This document shows positions 12,853 to 34,312 of a DNA stretch of 64,000 nt, in pieces. The notes under the pieces are model-generated. The model saw only the letters and a program-made list of their open reading frames with translations. It ran no database searches and was not told where the DNA came from. The DNA is from Macrostomum lignano. Lineage: Eukaryota. The DNA lies in NCBI GenBank assembly GCA_002269645.1, contig NIVC01000433.1:1-64000 (forward strand), in the 5' to 3' direction. Made by a program: the position numbers and the translations under genes. The number at the start of each line of letters is the position of its first letter. Position 1 is the stretch's first letter.

Positions 12853-14999
12853 GTTTTTCCTCAACATCTGTCTTCCATCCAACATGAAGCCATCTTGGCA
12901 AGCGCAGTTCATGCTACTACATCGAGTCTGAGCCCGTTTTCACAGTCTTCTTGTGGCAGCTTCAGCACCAGCACCAATTTAGCTGCAGCTGCCGCGGCCT
13001 CTCCGATGGGGCATGGAATCCAGCACCATCCTGCTTCTGCTGCAGCTGCCGCGGCCTCTCCGATGGGGCATGGAATCCAGCACCATCCTGCTTCTGCTGC
13101 ATCTGCCGCGGCCTCTCCGATGGGGCATGGAATCCAGCACCATCCTGCTTCTGCTGCATCTGCCGCGGCCTCTCCGATGGGGCATGGAATCCAGCACCAT
13201 CCTGCTTCTGCTGCATCTGCCGCGGCCTCTCCGATGGGGCATGGAATCCAGCACCATCCTGCTTCTGCTGCATCTGCCGCGGCCTCTCCGATGGGGCATG
13301 GAATCCAGCACCATCCTGCTTCTGCTGCATCTGCCGCGGCCTCTCCGATGGGGCATGGAATCCAGCACCATCCTGCTTCTGCTGCATCTGCCGCGGCCTC
13401 TCCGATGGGGCATGGAATCCAGCACCATCCTGCTTCTGCTGCATCTGCCGCGGCCTCTCCGATGGGGCATGGAATCCAGCACCATCCTGCTTCTGCTGCA
13501 GCTGCCGCGGCCTCTGCGATTGGCGTTTACGACGCGAGCCGTGCAGACATATTGGACTTTCTAGTGACAGCCGTGCGGCGGATTGAAAGTAAGCCAGCTA
13601 AAAAAATTTCTTTCGCTACTGAGGCGCTGATATAAGAAAATTTAGAAGTTCTAATCCGAGCTCTTCATTTCCAGAATTAAGTAAAGTTACGATTTAAATT
13701 AAAATGGCGTAATGCACTATTAAACATTCAGCTCCGCATGATTCTGAGTTTTGCTGCGATTTACACTTTTTAATTTGTACTTAACGTTTCGGAGGTTCAT
13801 CTGGTTTGTATAGAGAATAATCTATTTGAGTCACTAACTGACTATTATCCCTGACTGGCTGATACATCTTCTCGATAATTTTCTTCATTTTAGCAACCCA
13901 GCGCGCGATGCATGGTGCGATTTGTGGCCTGGCTACAGAGGTGAAAGACTTTCACCTGCAGTTTCTTGCTCTGCAGAACTCTTCGTCTCGTAGTACAGGT
14001 GCAAACTCCAGCAATGCCCAGCACGGCCAACAGCCAACCGACAGGCCTATACTTCAAGATCTGCCATTTACCGAAGTCGATAAACTGACTGAGTGGGCCA
14101 CACGACTAACAAGTGATCGAGGCTGCTTAAATGATGCAGTGAGTGCTAGTATTTTGTATGATTTTTATCATTGCACGATTTACAAAAGCGACTGGATGCC
14201 GCTTAACTGCCGCATGTATTTTATGAGAGAATATAACACATTACAAGACATGACTATTAATGTGTAATGTCTTGTAGTTTATTAATTCAATTTCTAGTCT
14301 ACCATTCGAATTCATTCCACACATTTCAGTTTCTGTTCTTCAAGCGGCTTACCAGCAAAACTCTAATGAAGTCCGTCGCTAATATCTTATACCACATCAT
14401 GGATGACAAGCTTGCTCATCAGTTCAGTCTCCGTGGTGCCAAGCGTTCTGGCGTTTCCAAGTATTGCTTTGAGTCAACTGGCCTGCTGCCTTTTATCAAA
14501 AGTAAGCAACATAATGGTGCTTAGGATTTTGTCTCTTCTATGATAAAATGTGTATTTAAGCTGCTTAGTTAAATATATATCAATTCTGTACGTCCATATC
14601 TAGATACTAATCTACTTTGGGTAAGCAAAACTAATGGGCAGTATTTACCTACTTTTAGACGTCGTGTGGAGTGTTCACAAAGACGCCAAAGGCGAGGCCA
14701 TTGAATCCGCGGTGGGCGAACATCTGCGCCACTCAGGCACTCGGTTCCGCCGAAAAAGGTGCTCACAGCAGTCCGCACAGCGTCCGACTGGAGAACTTCG
14801 GAACTCGGCTGCAGGCCCAAGGAGCACTCGGCAAAGCGGAGGTGACGGCGCAGACATGAACACTGACGGCGATGCAAGTGGCGAGAGCGACAGCAGTTCT
14901 GACGACGAGGGCGCTCACGACAGCAGCGAAGATAATGACAATGGCGGCCAACGATTTGAAGTCATCAACGTTGACGGTTGTACACTTACTCAACTTTGA
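12853..14999 (+). CDS. DUF4806/BEN-like domain protein within the EnSpm-like element; exons 12853-13588, 13894-14138, 14330-14501, 14659-14999; 5' end unresolved
   Basis: All three GT-AG introns keep the frame (phases 1,0,1). The domain reads KRLTSKTLMKSVANILYHIMDDKLAHQFSLRGAK...KYCFESTGLLPFIKNVVWSVHKDAKGEAIESAVGEHLRHSGTR, followed by an acidic tail. Family call is from pattern recognition. Confidence 0.75.
12991..13503 (+). repeat. 57-bp coding minisatellite, 9 copies (19-aa unit AAASPMGHGIQHHPASAAS)
   Basis: Nine almost identical units; in frame within the exon. Confidence 0.95.
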
Positions 15000-16149
15000 G
15001 TAAATAGGAGTTCAGACTTCACGGGATTGGTGGCTTAATAAAACTAGTTGTTCTAAGTTCTAAGAACAAAGATCAGTATAGACTCGCTCTAGGTTAGGTG
15101 AATCTCTTTGGAGGCTATAGCTGTTTTTAATCATCGCCATCAGATCTCTAGTTATCTTTGCATCTTTTCTGAACGACATGTCTGTTTTGCCAGCATGCAA
15201 ATAGCAGTTGCCATTAATAATAGTTTTGCGAATCTCTTATTTTCCTGCTAACTTTTTTATTCATTAAAAGAAACACTGCAGGTTGCAGCTTGCAGTCACA
15301 CACAAAGATACACATCATGCGCATCTAATGTAGTAAATATTTTTATTGCTTTCTTGACCTACTATAATGGTAACCGTCTGATCTGATGTGTTTACGATAA
15401 AACAAAAAAAATTAATGGTGCTCATTAGCTAATCTTCGCAGACCTTTAAATCGAAACGTTTTTTGCTATTTTACTTATTCTTTTTAGCAAATGCTAAGTC
15501 ATGGCCGTATTTTCGTATTATTTCAAGATGTAGGAGTCTCGATTTTTGAACCTGTGTGCAAGCTACAGATTTTTTACTATGTAGTCAGTGTTACTACCGG
15601 TAGAAGTTCCTTAACAACAATCCAAAATTAATGCATGGCATGCGAAAGAAAGACATAAGCAAGTGTAATAGTAGAGTCGTCGTATATTATAGAATGAAAG
15701 TGATACGAAATATATGTAGTATATAGAATAATACACATACATTAGATACTACTAATAGTAGACACGACGACTACATGTTGCACAGATGTTGATGTATGTT
15801 GATTTTGCAATGTTGATGCGTCAACCATTCTGCAACGTTGTTTTGCGCGACAAACGGTCGCTTCTAGCAACGTTTACCACTTGTTGCGCGTCAACATTTG
15901 TACAACATTCCCGCAACATAAATGGCACTAGGGGCTAATGATACTGCTATAGTAGTCTAATTACTCCGATTCAATCTGAAGTGTGAAGTGATTCAGCGAG
16001 AAGGTTAAATATGACAGTTATTTTTATTGGTTTTATTTCTTTGTTCGCCGATGGCTCAGATGAGTGGCTAAGCTAGTAGGCGCCGGTCACAGTGGACCAA
16101 TGGCAAGGCAGTTCTCAGTCGATCAATATCATTCAGTTAGCGAAATTGC

Positions 16150-16830
16150 CAATAGTGCAAGATCGGCGCTAGAGGTGTACTCATGTGCACCCTAGATTCG
16201 CCAAGCGGCTCGGGTAAATGAATCATGCGGTCTCCGAAGTTCAAGAATTAGCTAGTCTATCATCAGCGCTACGAGAGGCTGGTTGGCGCGTTGAAGGCCA
16301 AAAAAGTACAAACCCTCGTGTTTAGCAATGTAATAGTATATCTAGCCACCCCATAGTCTCGCCACCGCAAGAATCCCCTGCACAAGTCGCCTCTGTACCT
16401 GCATGGCCAATGCGATCAAGTCCCAGCAGTGTCCCTTATCATCGGTTATGACTTCGAGATTGACAGCAAAAAGACACTAGTTGGCAGGTAAGTGCTGAAG
16501 CCCCTTCTAGTCGGAAGCCCGATTTCGAAAGTTCCGGTTTGGTGAGCCAGAACGCACGGGCTGGTGGCAGCGGATGAGTTAATCTGCGGATTAGCTGATA
16601 TATCTCTACCTTCAAAATTCTCCCTGCTTGTCTCTCGCTGTACCTCTTTTAGCTATAGGACCTATAGACTGCTCGCCACAGATCAAGCTACCTCGGGGCT
16701 GACCATCTGACAGGAGTGGGGGGCCAGGACTCTAATTGATTTATTTCTGAGACCTGAGGCCCGAAGGCTCTCTCCAAAGGCTTTCTCCAAGAGGCCGAAA
16801 AGGCCGAAACCCATCAAATGAACAAAATAA
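16150..16830 (+). mobile_element. Possible degenerate Penelope-like element remnant
   Basis: Weak GIY-YIG-like remnants (SNVIVYLA, SPLYLHG, R*VLKPLLV) and a hammerhead-like AAGAGGCC-GAAAA-GGCCGAAAC near 16789-16810. Confidence 0.3.
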
Positions 16831-19127
16831 CAATAGGGGATTAAATGTCACTGTACAGTTCAGAGCAAACCCCCGATTAGCTCACTAGCACCCGGCCCAT
16901 TTTGCTCTGATACATGTATACAAAAGTTGAGCTGACATTGCTGAGCTGAGAGATACACAAGCTAGCAAAAATGACTCTCACGCAGCTAGATGGTCCAATT
17001 AGCGCACGTACCCTATATTTTTACTACTCCTCGGCCTTAGTAATTCTCTAGGTAAAAACCTCTCGACACGCTTAATCAAGAGAATGCATGACGAAGGTCA
17101 AGAAGGTCAAGATGCGCCAGCATGCAGTAGACAATGTCAAAGTCTAGCAAAAATGAAAGTCTCAAGCTGAAAAGCTGAAATTATCAGTTAAAGTCAATTT
17201 AAGGGCATAAAAACTATTACCCAAAACTGTCTGATTTCAATTGAATCGGCATTCGAGAATCGAGCGAATCGATTGCAGGAGCATTGTATTACATTACAAA
17301 TTAATGATGGTTGACAAGTAAAGAACTGAACAACTCGATAAGTTTCGATTTGAATAACTTGAAACTAAAGTTAAATGATTAGGCGTGCTTCAGAAATGGT
17401 GCGTTTAAGTTGCTTTGAATGGCTATTTATTATTAATATTATTATGATTAATATTGTCTTAGCGCGATTTTAAAACACTATCCTCGATAATTAAATTACC
17501 GTAGAGTTTACGTTAATACGTGAGGTCAGCCTAATGCAAGAAACATTTTTACTTCTGCATTTGCTTAGGCCTATTCATTTTAATTTGCATTTTGCAAGCC
17601 TATCTAAATTACCTATGCTCGACAAATATATTTTTTACAAAGTCTTTATAATTGTACAAATCTTACAAAGTATATGTTATGTCATATGTGTGTGATTGAA
17701 TCAGATTGATTCCAGAAAAAATGTTTCATAATCTTACTTATTATTTAATTTCAAGCCAATTTGGCATACCTACCTTAGCTACATTAGCAGTTTAAGCTGT
17801 TTTTAGTGTTAGCTTTTTGCTTAGAAATTATTTGCAGTAATTTATAGTATCCTATATATCTTATATATAATTAGATTATTAAGCTAATTTCTCATTTTTT
17901 ATTATATTTAGATAGCATAATATTTAGGGCCTCTAGTTCTAATAGTAGTAGACCCATTTTTGTTTATCTATGATATTTATTTAGTTTTTCATAAATTAAA
18001 ATTGTATGTTTAGATAGGAGTGAGACTAATAATAAGGTGCAACCTTAGATTATAATTAATGCTTAGTTTAGTTTAGTTGTAAGTTGACCTATTACATATG
18101 AATGAAATACTAGTATGGTGGCCTCGAGAATAAATGAAGGCAAATAAATGTGGTAGAGGCAAATTTTTAGCAGTAGCACTTGGCCATAATATCAGTTAAG
18201 TTGATGCTAAAGCAATCAATGGTTGTAGACTTGCAGACTTGGTTTATTGTCAACAGAAATACAAGTTGGATTCGTAACAATGCACTGGCAACTATACAAC
18301 AACTAGTTAGATAGCTTAGGTAGTAGAAGTGGCGTGGCTAAGAGTGGCAGAGGCGTGGCCCAAGGCTATGGCGGAGCAAGGTGGAGAGAAAGAAGGCAAG
18401 TAAACAAGTAAAGGCAGCAAGAGTCTAAAAGTCTATAAGGGCTCCCAAGCAACAGCGAGGCGGCAAAGTGGAGTGAAGAGGAGCGGAGCCAGTCTAAGCA
18501 GGTTGGAGAAGAGTCTAAACCCCAAGCGCACAGCTAGATAGAATTGATAAGGAGCAGGCTGGGGGGTGGCACCTGAGAGAATTTAGTATAATTAATGCCT
18601 GGCTAAGAAAAACAGGAATAGAAATTATTTATCATCTGCTATATGCAGGGTTTACAATTGTATGTAGCTGATTAAAATTCTTTGGGCACTACTTCAAGCA
18701 GACAAAAGAATATGAAACTAGTAATATTAAAGATTGGTACCATATGTCAAAATGGCCCTTGGCGGGGCTATGTAAACTGACAATGTCACAATGATTCAAA
18801 TAAAATTTTATGTATCTAATGATATTAGTAAATATAAGAATAATTATGCAACAAGTTAAAAAATAAAGTTTATCTTTTACAAAAATATAATTTTAATTTG
18901 AACTTTAATATTCTACCCTAATCTATTTTTACCAAATATTTTTTAAGAATAAGAAAAATTTTTCAATTTTAAGATAATATATTCTAGATTATAGTTTATT
19001 ATATATAAAACAATATCATATTATGCAAAACTAGTATTTTTTTGCTTTTTTATTATCTAAGTTTATCAATGATAAAAAATAATATTGATCTTTCTTTAAA
19101 CTCTAGCTAAAAGTACATTATTAAAGA

Positions 19128-27744
<8,617 letters not shown>

Positions 27745-28514
27745 TAGTGTTCATGCCCGATTCGATCCGAACTTAAACAGTCAGATTAATTGGTTTTAGA
27801 TTTTTGCATTGGGGTTATAAAACTTTTTAATTACAAGTTTCTGTTAGTGTTTAAATCTGCTATTTACATTACTTAATTATCCGAGCGCCCATTTGTAATT
27901 GAAGTTTTCCTTCGGTAAGAATCTCGATAATTATAGCATTAGTAGAGCGCTATCCCGTTGAAATCGTTACCGTGAGGCCCCAGAGTGGTTTCAGAGTCTC
28001 ATACAATAAAACGCCTCAAATTGAATCTTAGACCACTCTTTCCTATTTCACCTGTGTTACCTGCAACGACTCTGGGGGCGACGCAAGTGACTGTTATTTC
28101 GAATCTCTCCAATATATTTATTGGGCTATTTTATTTTTTTCGAGAGTAGATCGAGAGCCTTTCTCTTCACTTTAATTCCAGTAATAATCATATCTGTCTT
28201 ATTTATTACCGTTCACGTTTAACCTGCAAGCTCATTATTGCAACAGCCGAAATCAATATTTCATTATTCTCCTTAATTGTAGAATATAATTTTACATTTT
28301 TATTTTCAAACGATAATTCCATTAGTAATATTTATGTTTATGGCGAAAATACACTACAGCTTCTGATTCCTAACAGTTTGCGAGCTCAGTGTGCTTGAAA
28401 ATGTTTTTTGTCATCTTTGTGCGCCATCACTGTTTTGTTCTGGACACCATATTTCCTGGTATTTCAGTTTACTTGTTGACATTTTTGTTCTCAATCATTG
28501 TGTATATAAACAGA

Positions 28515-29270
28515 CTGGGAAATTGGATAAACAGGCCGTGGAATATTGGATAAACAGACTATGGGATATTTGATAAACAGACTATGGGATACTGGATAAA
28601 CAGACTATGGGATATTGGATAAACAGACTATGAGCTATTGGATAAACAGACTATGGGATATTGGATAAACAGACTATGAGCTATTGGATAAACAGACTAT
28701 GGGATATTGGATAAACAGACTATGGGATACTGGATAAACAGACTATGGGATATTGGATAAACAGACTATGAGCTATTGGATAAACAGACTATGGGATATT
28801 GGATAAACAGACTATGGGATACTGGATAAACAGACTATGGGATATTGGATAAACAGACTATGAGCTATTGGATAAACAGACTATGGGATATTGGATAAAC
28901 AGACTATGAGCTATTGGATAAACAGACTATGGGATATTGGATAAACAGACTATGAGCTATTGGATAAACAGACTATGGGATATTGGATAAACGGACTATG
29001 GGATATTTGATAAACAGACTATGGGATACTGGATAAACAGACTATGGAATGTTGTATAAACAGGCTATGGGATATTGTATAAACAGACTATGGGAATATG
29101 GGATATTGTATAAACAGACTATGGGATATTTGATAAACAGACTGGGATATTTAATAAACAGACTATGGGATACTGGATAAACAGACTATGAGATATTGGA
29201 TAAACACACTGGGATATTGGATAAACAGACTGTGGGATATTAGATAAACAGACTGGGATAAACAGGCCGG
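28515..29270. repeat. 23-bp minisatellite (GGATAAACAGACTATGGGATATT)
   Basis: About 30 tandem copies with two main variants. Confidence 0.95.
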
Positions 29271-29294
29271 GCAAGTTTCAAACTCCGCGGTCTG

Positions 29295-32200
29295 TCACCG
29301 CCGATAGAACGCGAGCATCCGTGACACCATGGGCAGGATGAGCAGCACAAGGATCAGTATGCACAGTATGAACACGTCCTCAAGTAGGAACACGGAAGCC
29401 GCAGTCTCGGCGGCCAGTTCGCAGGTGTGGCTGGCAATCTTGCTCAGAGTTTCTCGGCTTCTCATAACGCTAACCAGCTCGGGGCGGTTGGGCATGCCCA
29501 GAATCTCGACGACTTCTTTGAGCGGAACAGATGTATAATTCGAGCCCGCGCTGGCGAATAGCTGCTCCAACAGTTCGTCTCTGCGTACCAAGTTCTTGGC
29601 TTGCTCCGCTGGGAATCGTCTGTTAATTTCGACTAGTCTCACCAGGTGCAGCAGTATCCACAGTAGGCTCAGCAGGCCCTCTGACAAATCAGTTGGGACA
29701 GTGGAAACTGCTTTTGCAATGAGACTTAATAATTCTAGGGGGTTAGGGTTCAAGGTCTTTATTGGGGGTGCCAATTCATATATTTGGGACGCCATTACAG
29801 TTGGGATGGGGCGCCATTTTATTTGAGTTGGGGCGCCATTTTAGTTGGGTGGGGCGCCATTTCATTTGATTGGGGCGCCATTTTATTTGATTGGGGCGCC
29901 TTTTTTTGAGTTGGGGCGCCATTTCAGTTGGGTGTGGGGCGCCTTTTTATTTGAGTGGGGCGCCTTTTCATTTGAGTGGGGCGCCATTCCATTTGAGTTG
30001 GGGCGCAATTTTATTTGAGCCGCCATTTCCCTGAGTTGGACGCCATTTCATTTGAGAGGGGTGCCATTTCATTTGATCGGGGCGCCATTTCATGTGAGAG
30101 GGGTGCCATTTCATTTGATTGGGGCGCCATTTTATTTGATCGGGGCGCCATTTCATTTGAGAGAGGCACCATTTCATTTGATCGGGGCGCCATTTCATTT
30201 GAAAGTTTGAGCCGGGCGCCATTTTAGTTGGGTGAGGCGCCATTCCGTTTGGGTGGGCGCCCATGTATCAAAGCTCATAATTTTAAGCTAGCTTAACAAG
30301 TGTCAAATATGGGTTCACCATCCGCACTTCATGAATCCTTTATGACGACAGAATTAACCCGAGGTAGTGTCAAAAACAAAGGAATCTATATATTGATTTT
30401 TTCTACGTAGTATAAAGCTAGCTTATTCATATTTGTCGATCTGGTCTATTGTTTGTTCTGGTCTGCTTATTTAACAAGAGCTTTCTGAGCACAGATATAT
30501 GCTTAGAAACTGGGTGTTGCTAATGCTGACAGCCACCATAGCAACCAGCTGTTGTCGGCTATGGTCACCCATAGCAACCAGCGGTTGTCAGACTATGGTT
30601 ACCCATAGCAACCAGAGCCTGTTGTCAGGCTATAGTCACCCATAGCAACCAGCTGTTGTCAGGCTATAGTCACCCATAGCAACCAGCTGTTGTCCGGCTA
30701 TGGTCACCCATAGTAACCAGCTTTTGTCAGGCTATGGTCACCCATAGCAACCAGCTGTTGTCCGGCTATGGTCACCCATAGTAACCAGCTTTTGTCAGGC
30801 TATGGGCACCCATAGCAACCAGCTGTTGTCAGGCTATGGGCAGCCATAGCAACCAGCTGCTGTCAGGCTATGGGCACCCATAGTAAGCACAACCAGGCTG
30901 TTGTTCGGCTATGGGCACCCAAAGCAACCAGGGTGTTGTCCGGCTATGGGCAGCCATAGCAACCAAGCTGTTTTCGCGTCTAAGAGCTACCATGGCAACC
31001 AGGTGTTGGCACAGCAACCAGGGCATTAAGAAATACCTGAAATACCTGATTCATACCTTGCCAAGCGATCAGCAGAGTCCTGTAATAAAACGCTGGATGA
31101 ATGGTCCCGGCAACTAGCTGCTCCCTATCCAGTACGCTCATATCCCGACTGCTAACGTCGACATCCGGTACCAGAGCCACGGTGGACAGCTGCTCGAGGT
31201 AGCTGCGGTGTCGGGACGGACTCGGCCAGATGCGCCGGTTGTAGGCGGGCCTGCCGACGCATACGCTGACCAGGAGGCGGAGCGGCCCGGACACCAGGCA
31301 GGAGGCCACCAGCCACGTGACCTGGGACAGGGGTATGGTGAGAGCTTGCAAGGCTTCTGACACATTTCTGGATGCTCGAGTCTGTCTTGCGGACTCTGTC
31401 TGAGAGGTTTCAGATTGGTTGAATGGGAAATTATGCAGATTCGAAGATCTGAAGGATGAGGACGGTTGTGAAAGGTAGGGTGGCTTGTGAAGGGTGGAGA
31501 ATGTTGCGAAGGGTGGGTTGCGAAGGGTGGGGTTTTGAAGGTTGGGGTTGTGAATGTTGGGGTTGTGAAGGGTAGGGTTGCGAAGGGTGGAGTTGTGAAG
31601 GGTGGGGTTGTAAAGGGTGGGGTTGTGAAGGGTGGGGTTGTAAAGGGTAGTGAGGGTTGTGAAGGGTGGGGTTGTAAAGGGTGGAGAATGTTGTGAAGGG
31701 TGGGGTTGTGAAGGGTGGGGTTGTAAAGGGTAGTGAGGGTTGTGAAGGGTGGGGAGGGTTGTTAAGAGTGGGGAGGGTTGTGAAGGATGGGGAGGGTTGT
31801 GAAGGGTAGGGAAGGTTGTGAAGAGAGGAGTGGAGGGCGGTGGAAGTATATAAACTAATAAATGGTTGTGAAAAGGGTAGTGAATTACATTACCATGCAC
31901 TGTACAAAGCTGTACATTGGAGACAGTTGCGAGTTATGCGGGTTTTTCAAGAGCTTGTGCAAAGCAAAACCGAACCTTTTCTGACGCGTCGTTCTCCGCG
32001 AAAGTGACGCTGCAGAGGCAGATTCCCAGCTGCAGTGTGATCAGCTGGATCACACCCGAGGTGAGTATATAGGCCGCGATAGACAGGCTGGCCATGTTGA
32101 TGAAGATAATGCTCCACTGGAGCGGTTTCGTCTGGTTCTTGTCGCCAGCAATAGTGTCAGCATTGTTGACGTCCTCCACTTGCAGCTGGTCGTAGGGATT

Positions 32201-32299
32201 GCAAATCTGAGTCCGGTCCCACGCGTTCGAACCCGACGGCTGGTCGGACCCGCCGCCTCCGTGAGTCCGCCAGCTGCCTAGGGTGGCTGATTTGGGCAT
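29295..32299 (-). CDS. Orphan predicted multi-pass (about 4 TM) membrane protein, ~350 aa; exons 32299-31976, 31399-31057, 29680-29295
   Basis: Phase-consistent GT-AG joins (AAG|gttcgg..tctcag|ACA; CAA G|gtatga..ttgtcag|AG), four hydrophobic segments, GC-rich coding-like composition. Family not recognised. Confidence 0.65.
29800..30265. repeat. ~22-23 bp intronic minisatellite (GGGGCGCCATTTTATTTGAGTT)
   Basis: Tandem copies. Confidence 0.92.
30530..31025. repeat. ~34-bp intronic minisatellite (CATAGCAACCAGCTGTTGTCAGGCTATAGTCACC)
   Basis: Tandem copies. Confidence 0.92.
31470..31830. repeat. 15-bp G-rich intronic minisatellite (GTGAAGGGTGGGGTT)
   Basis: Tandem copies. Confidence 0.9.
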
Positions 32300-32693
32300 G
32301 GAGACAATATCGATGAGAACATGTAGCAGATTAGATTGAATTCAGTATGCCTGGTAGCTGTGGCCCTTGTGTATCCAGGCATAGAAGAAGTGAGTTGTCT
32401 GTGGCCAAGACCGTCTCTGAACATGCTAATTCGTGTTAGAAAAGTTCAAGGACTGAACTTAATGGGAAAAATAGCATTTTCCATTCTTTTGCGCCACACC
32501 TTCATGCGGAACTGGAAGGTTTCTTTAGCAATACTTCTCAGAGCCTGTCTAAATTTTGCGCTGCTAATATTTTTTTGAGTTCAGTTCTTGAACTTTTTCT
32601 GGCACAACTTTGTATGTCTTCCCGAACTCAACTAGCTGATTCTAACTTTGCTGCGCGTTATGAGTGTAAATAAAATAGTATTTGGTGAGGAAG

Positions 32694-33445
32694 CGCACGC
32701 TATCACAATCGCACACTATCACAATCGCACACTATCACAATCGCACACTATCACAATCGCACACTATCACAATCGCACGCTATCACAATAGCACGCTATC
32801 ACAATCGCACACTATCACAATCGCACACTATCACAATCGCACACTATCACAATCGCACACTATCACAATCGCACGCTATCACAATCGCACACTATCACAA
32901 TCGCACGCTATCACAATCGCACACTATCACAATCGCACACTATCACAATCGCACACTATCACAATCGCACACTATCACAATCGCACACTATCACAATCGC
33001 ACACTATCACAATCGCACACTATCACAATCGCACGCTATCACAATCGCACACTATCACAATCGCACACTATCACAATCGCACACTATCACAATCGCACAC
33101 TATCACAATCGCACACTATCACAATAGCACGCTATCACAATCTCACACTATCACAATCGCACACTATCACAATCGCACACTATCACAATCGCACGCTATC
33201 ACAATCGCACACTATCACAATCGCAAACTATCACAATCGCAAACTATCACAATCGCACACTATCACAATCTCACACTATCACAATCGCACACTATCACAA
33301 TCGCACACTATCACAATCGCACACTATCACAATCGCACACTATCACAATCGCACACTATCACAATCGCACACTATCACAATCTCACACCATCAAAATCGC
33401 ACACTATCACAATCGCACGCTATCACAATCGCACACTATCGCAAT
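32694..33445. repeat. 16-bp minisatellite (ACAATCGCACACTATC), about 45 copies
   Basis: Highly homogeneous tandem array. Confidence 0.97.
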
Positions 33446-34312
33446 CGAGAGTCGGTACAATTCTCAAATTGTCGCAATCTCATTACAAGTATCAAATATC
33501 TAATAGAGTAATTTGTCCACCAAATGCTTTAAAAACGGCCATGGCGGAAAAAATCATATTGATAGAAAATTTCTCAAGTTACGCTCTATCAATGTAGCGA
33601 ATTTACCTTCTAATAAAAATTATAGAATGCTTCGCCAGCTATAGTATTTATATGCTCTTCGAATTTTTAAACCAAGGAAATTGAACAGATTTTCATAGCA
33701 TTGACCTTGCCAAATTGTAAAACTCTATTTCAATCGATTAATCATAATTCACAGCTTAGGTTTCAGTTCCAGTCTATGCCCATCTTCAGAAGTCCATGAC
33801 ATATAAAAGCAAAGCAAATACTAAGAGCCTATTGTAAAATGTAATCCAGGATGAAGTAGAATGAATGATTCGCGCAGATGAGAGTTACGGAACAGATTGT
33901 AAGACTTTAATAAATTTACATCAATATTTTTCGCATGGCGCTTATTTTTTCTATTGTTTGTTCTTACATGTATACTTTAAAGAATGAGGTTTTTCAGAAC
34001 GGATTCGCAGAAGCAACTTTTAAATCTGATGAACAGATGCTGATACAGCATGCAAATGTGGTAATCGGAAGGATTAAGAGACGACAAACCGGAACAGGGA
34101 AGACTGACCGACCGCTAAATGAGAAGGAATTATGTTCTGCAGCTGCATGCTACGTTAAAACAGGACAATGTGGTTATGCCTAATATAGGCCTGTTAATGT
34201 CTGCTAGTTACATTTAGTACATAAAAAATAATGTTCGTAAGATGTAAAAAACCGCTAAACTATAAAAGAAGCCATTTTAGTCACGCTGGCAACGGCGTTG
34301 CAAGAACTTTGG

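Larger units (their letters stand above)
10245..15934. mobile_element. 5.7-kb non-autonomous CACTA/EnSpm-like (CMC) DNA transposon carrying an accessory gene
   Basis: TIR CCCCTAGTGCCAT(ctttagttgc) / (gcaacataa)ATGGCACTAGGGG, subterminal CAACGTTG/CAACATTG repeats at both ends, flanking duplication CTA (10242-10244, 15935-15937). No transposase recognised. Confidence 0.8.

Noticed and set aside
18117-18135. PBS-like TGGCCTCGAGAATAA resembling the Gypsy PBS region
   Set aside because: No paired LTRs or retroelement coding remnant identified nearby.
28515-29270. Regular short repeats as a CRISPR array
   Set aside because: Units are contiguous with no unique spacers, the context is eukaryotic and no cas genes are present; the same applies to all other arrays.
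29968-30264. MKWRP-repeat ORFs
   Set aside because: Minisatellite translation; no splice-consistent role.
32682-33503. 273-aa ORF (HTITIAHYHNRTLSQS repeats)
   Set aside because: Artefact of a stop-free 16-bp satellite.
33935-34183. 82-aa ORF with faint resemblance to a BEL/Pao linker
   Set aside because: No catalytic motif or LTR structure to support it.
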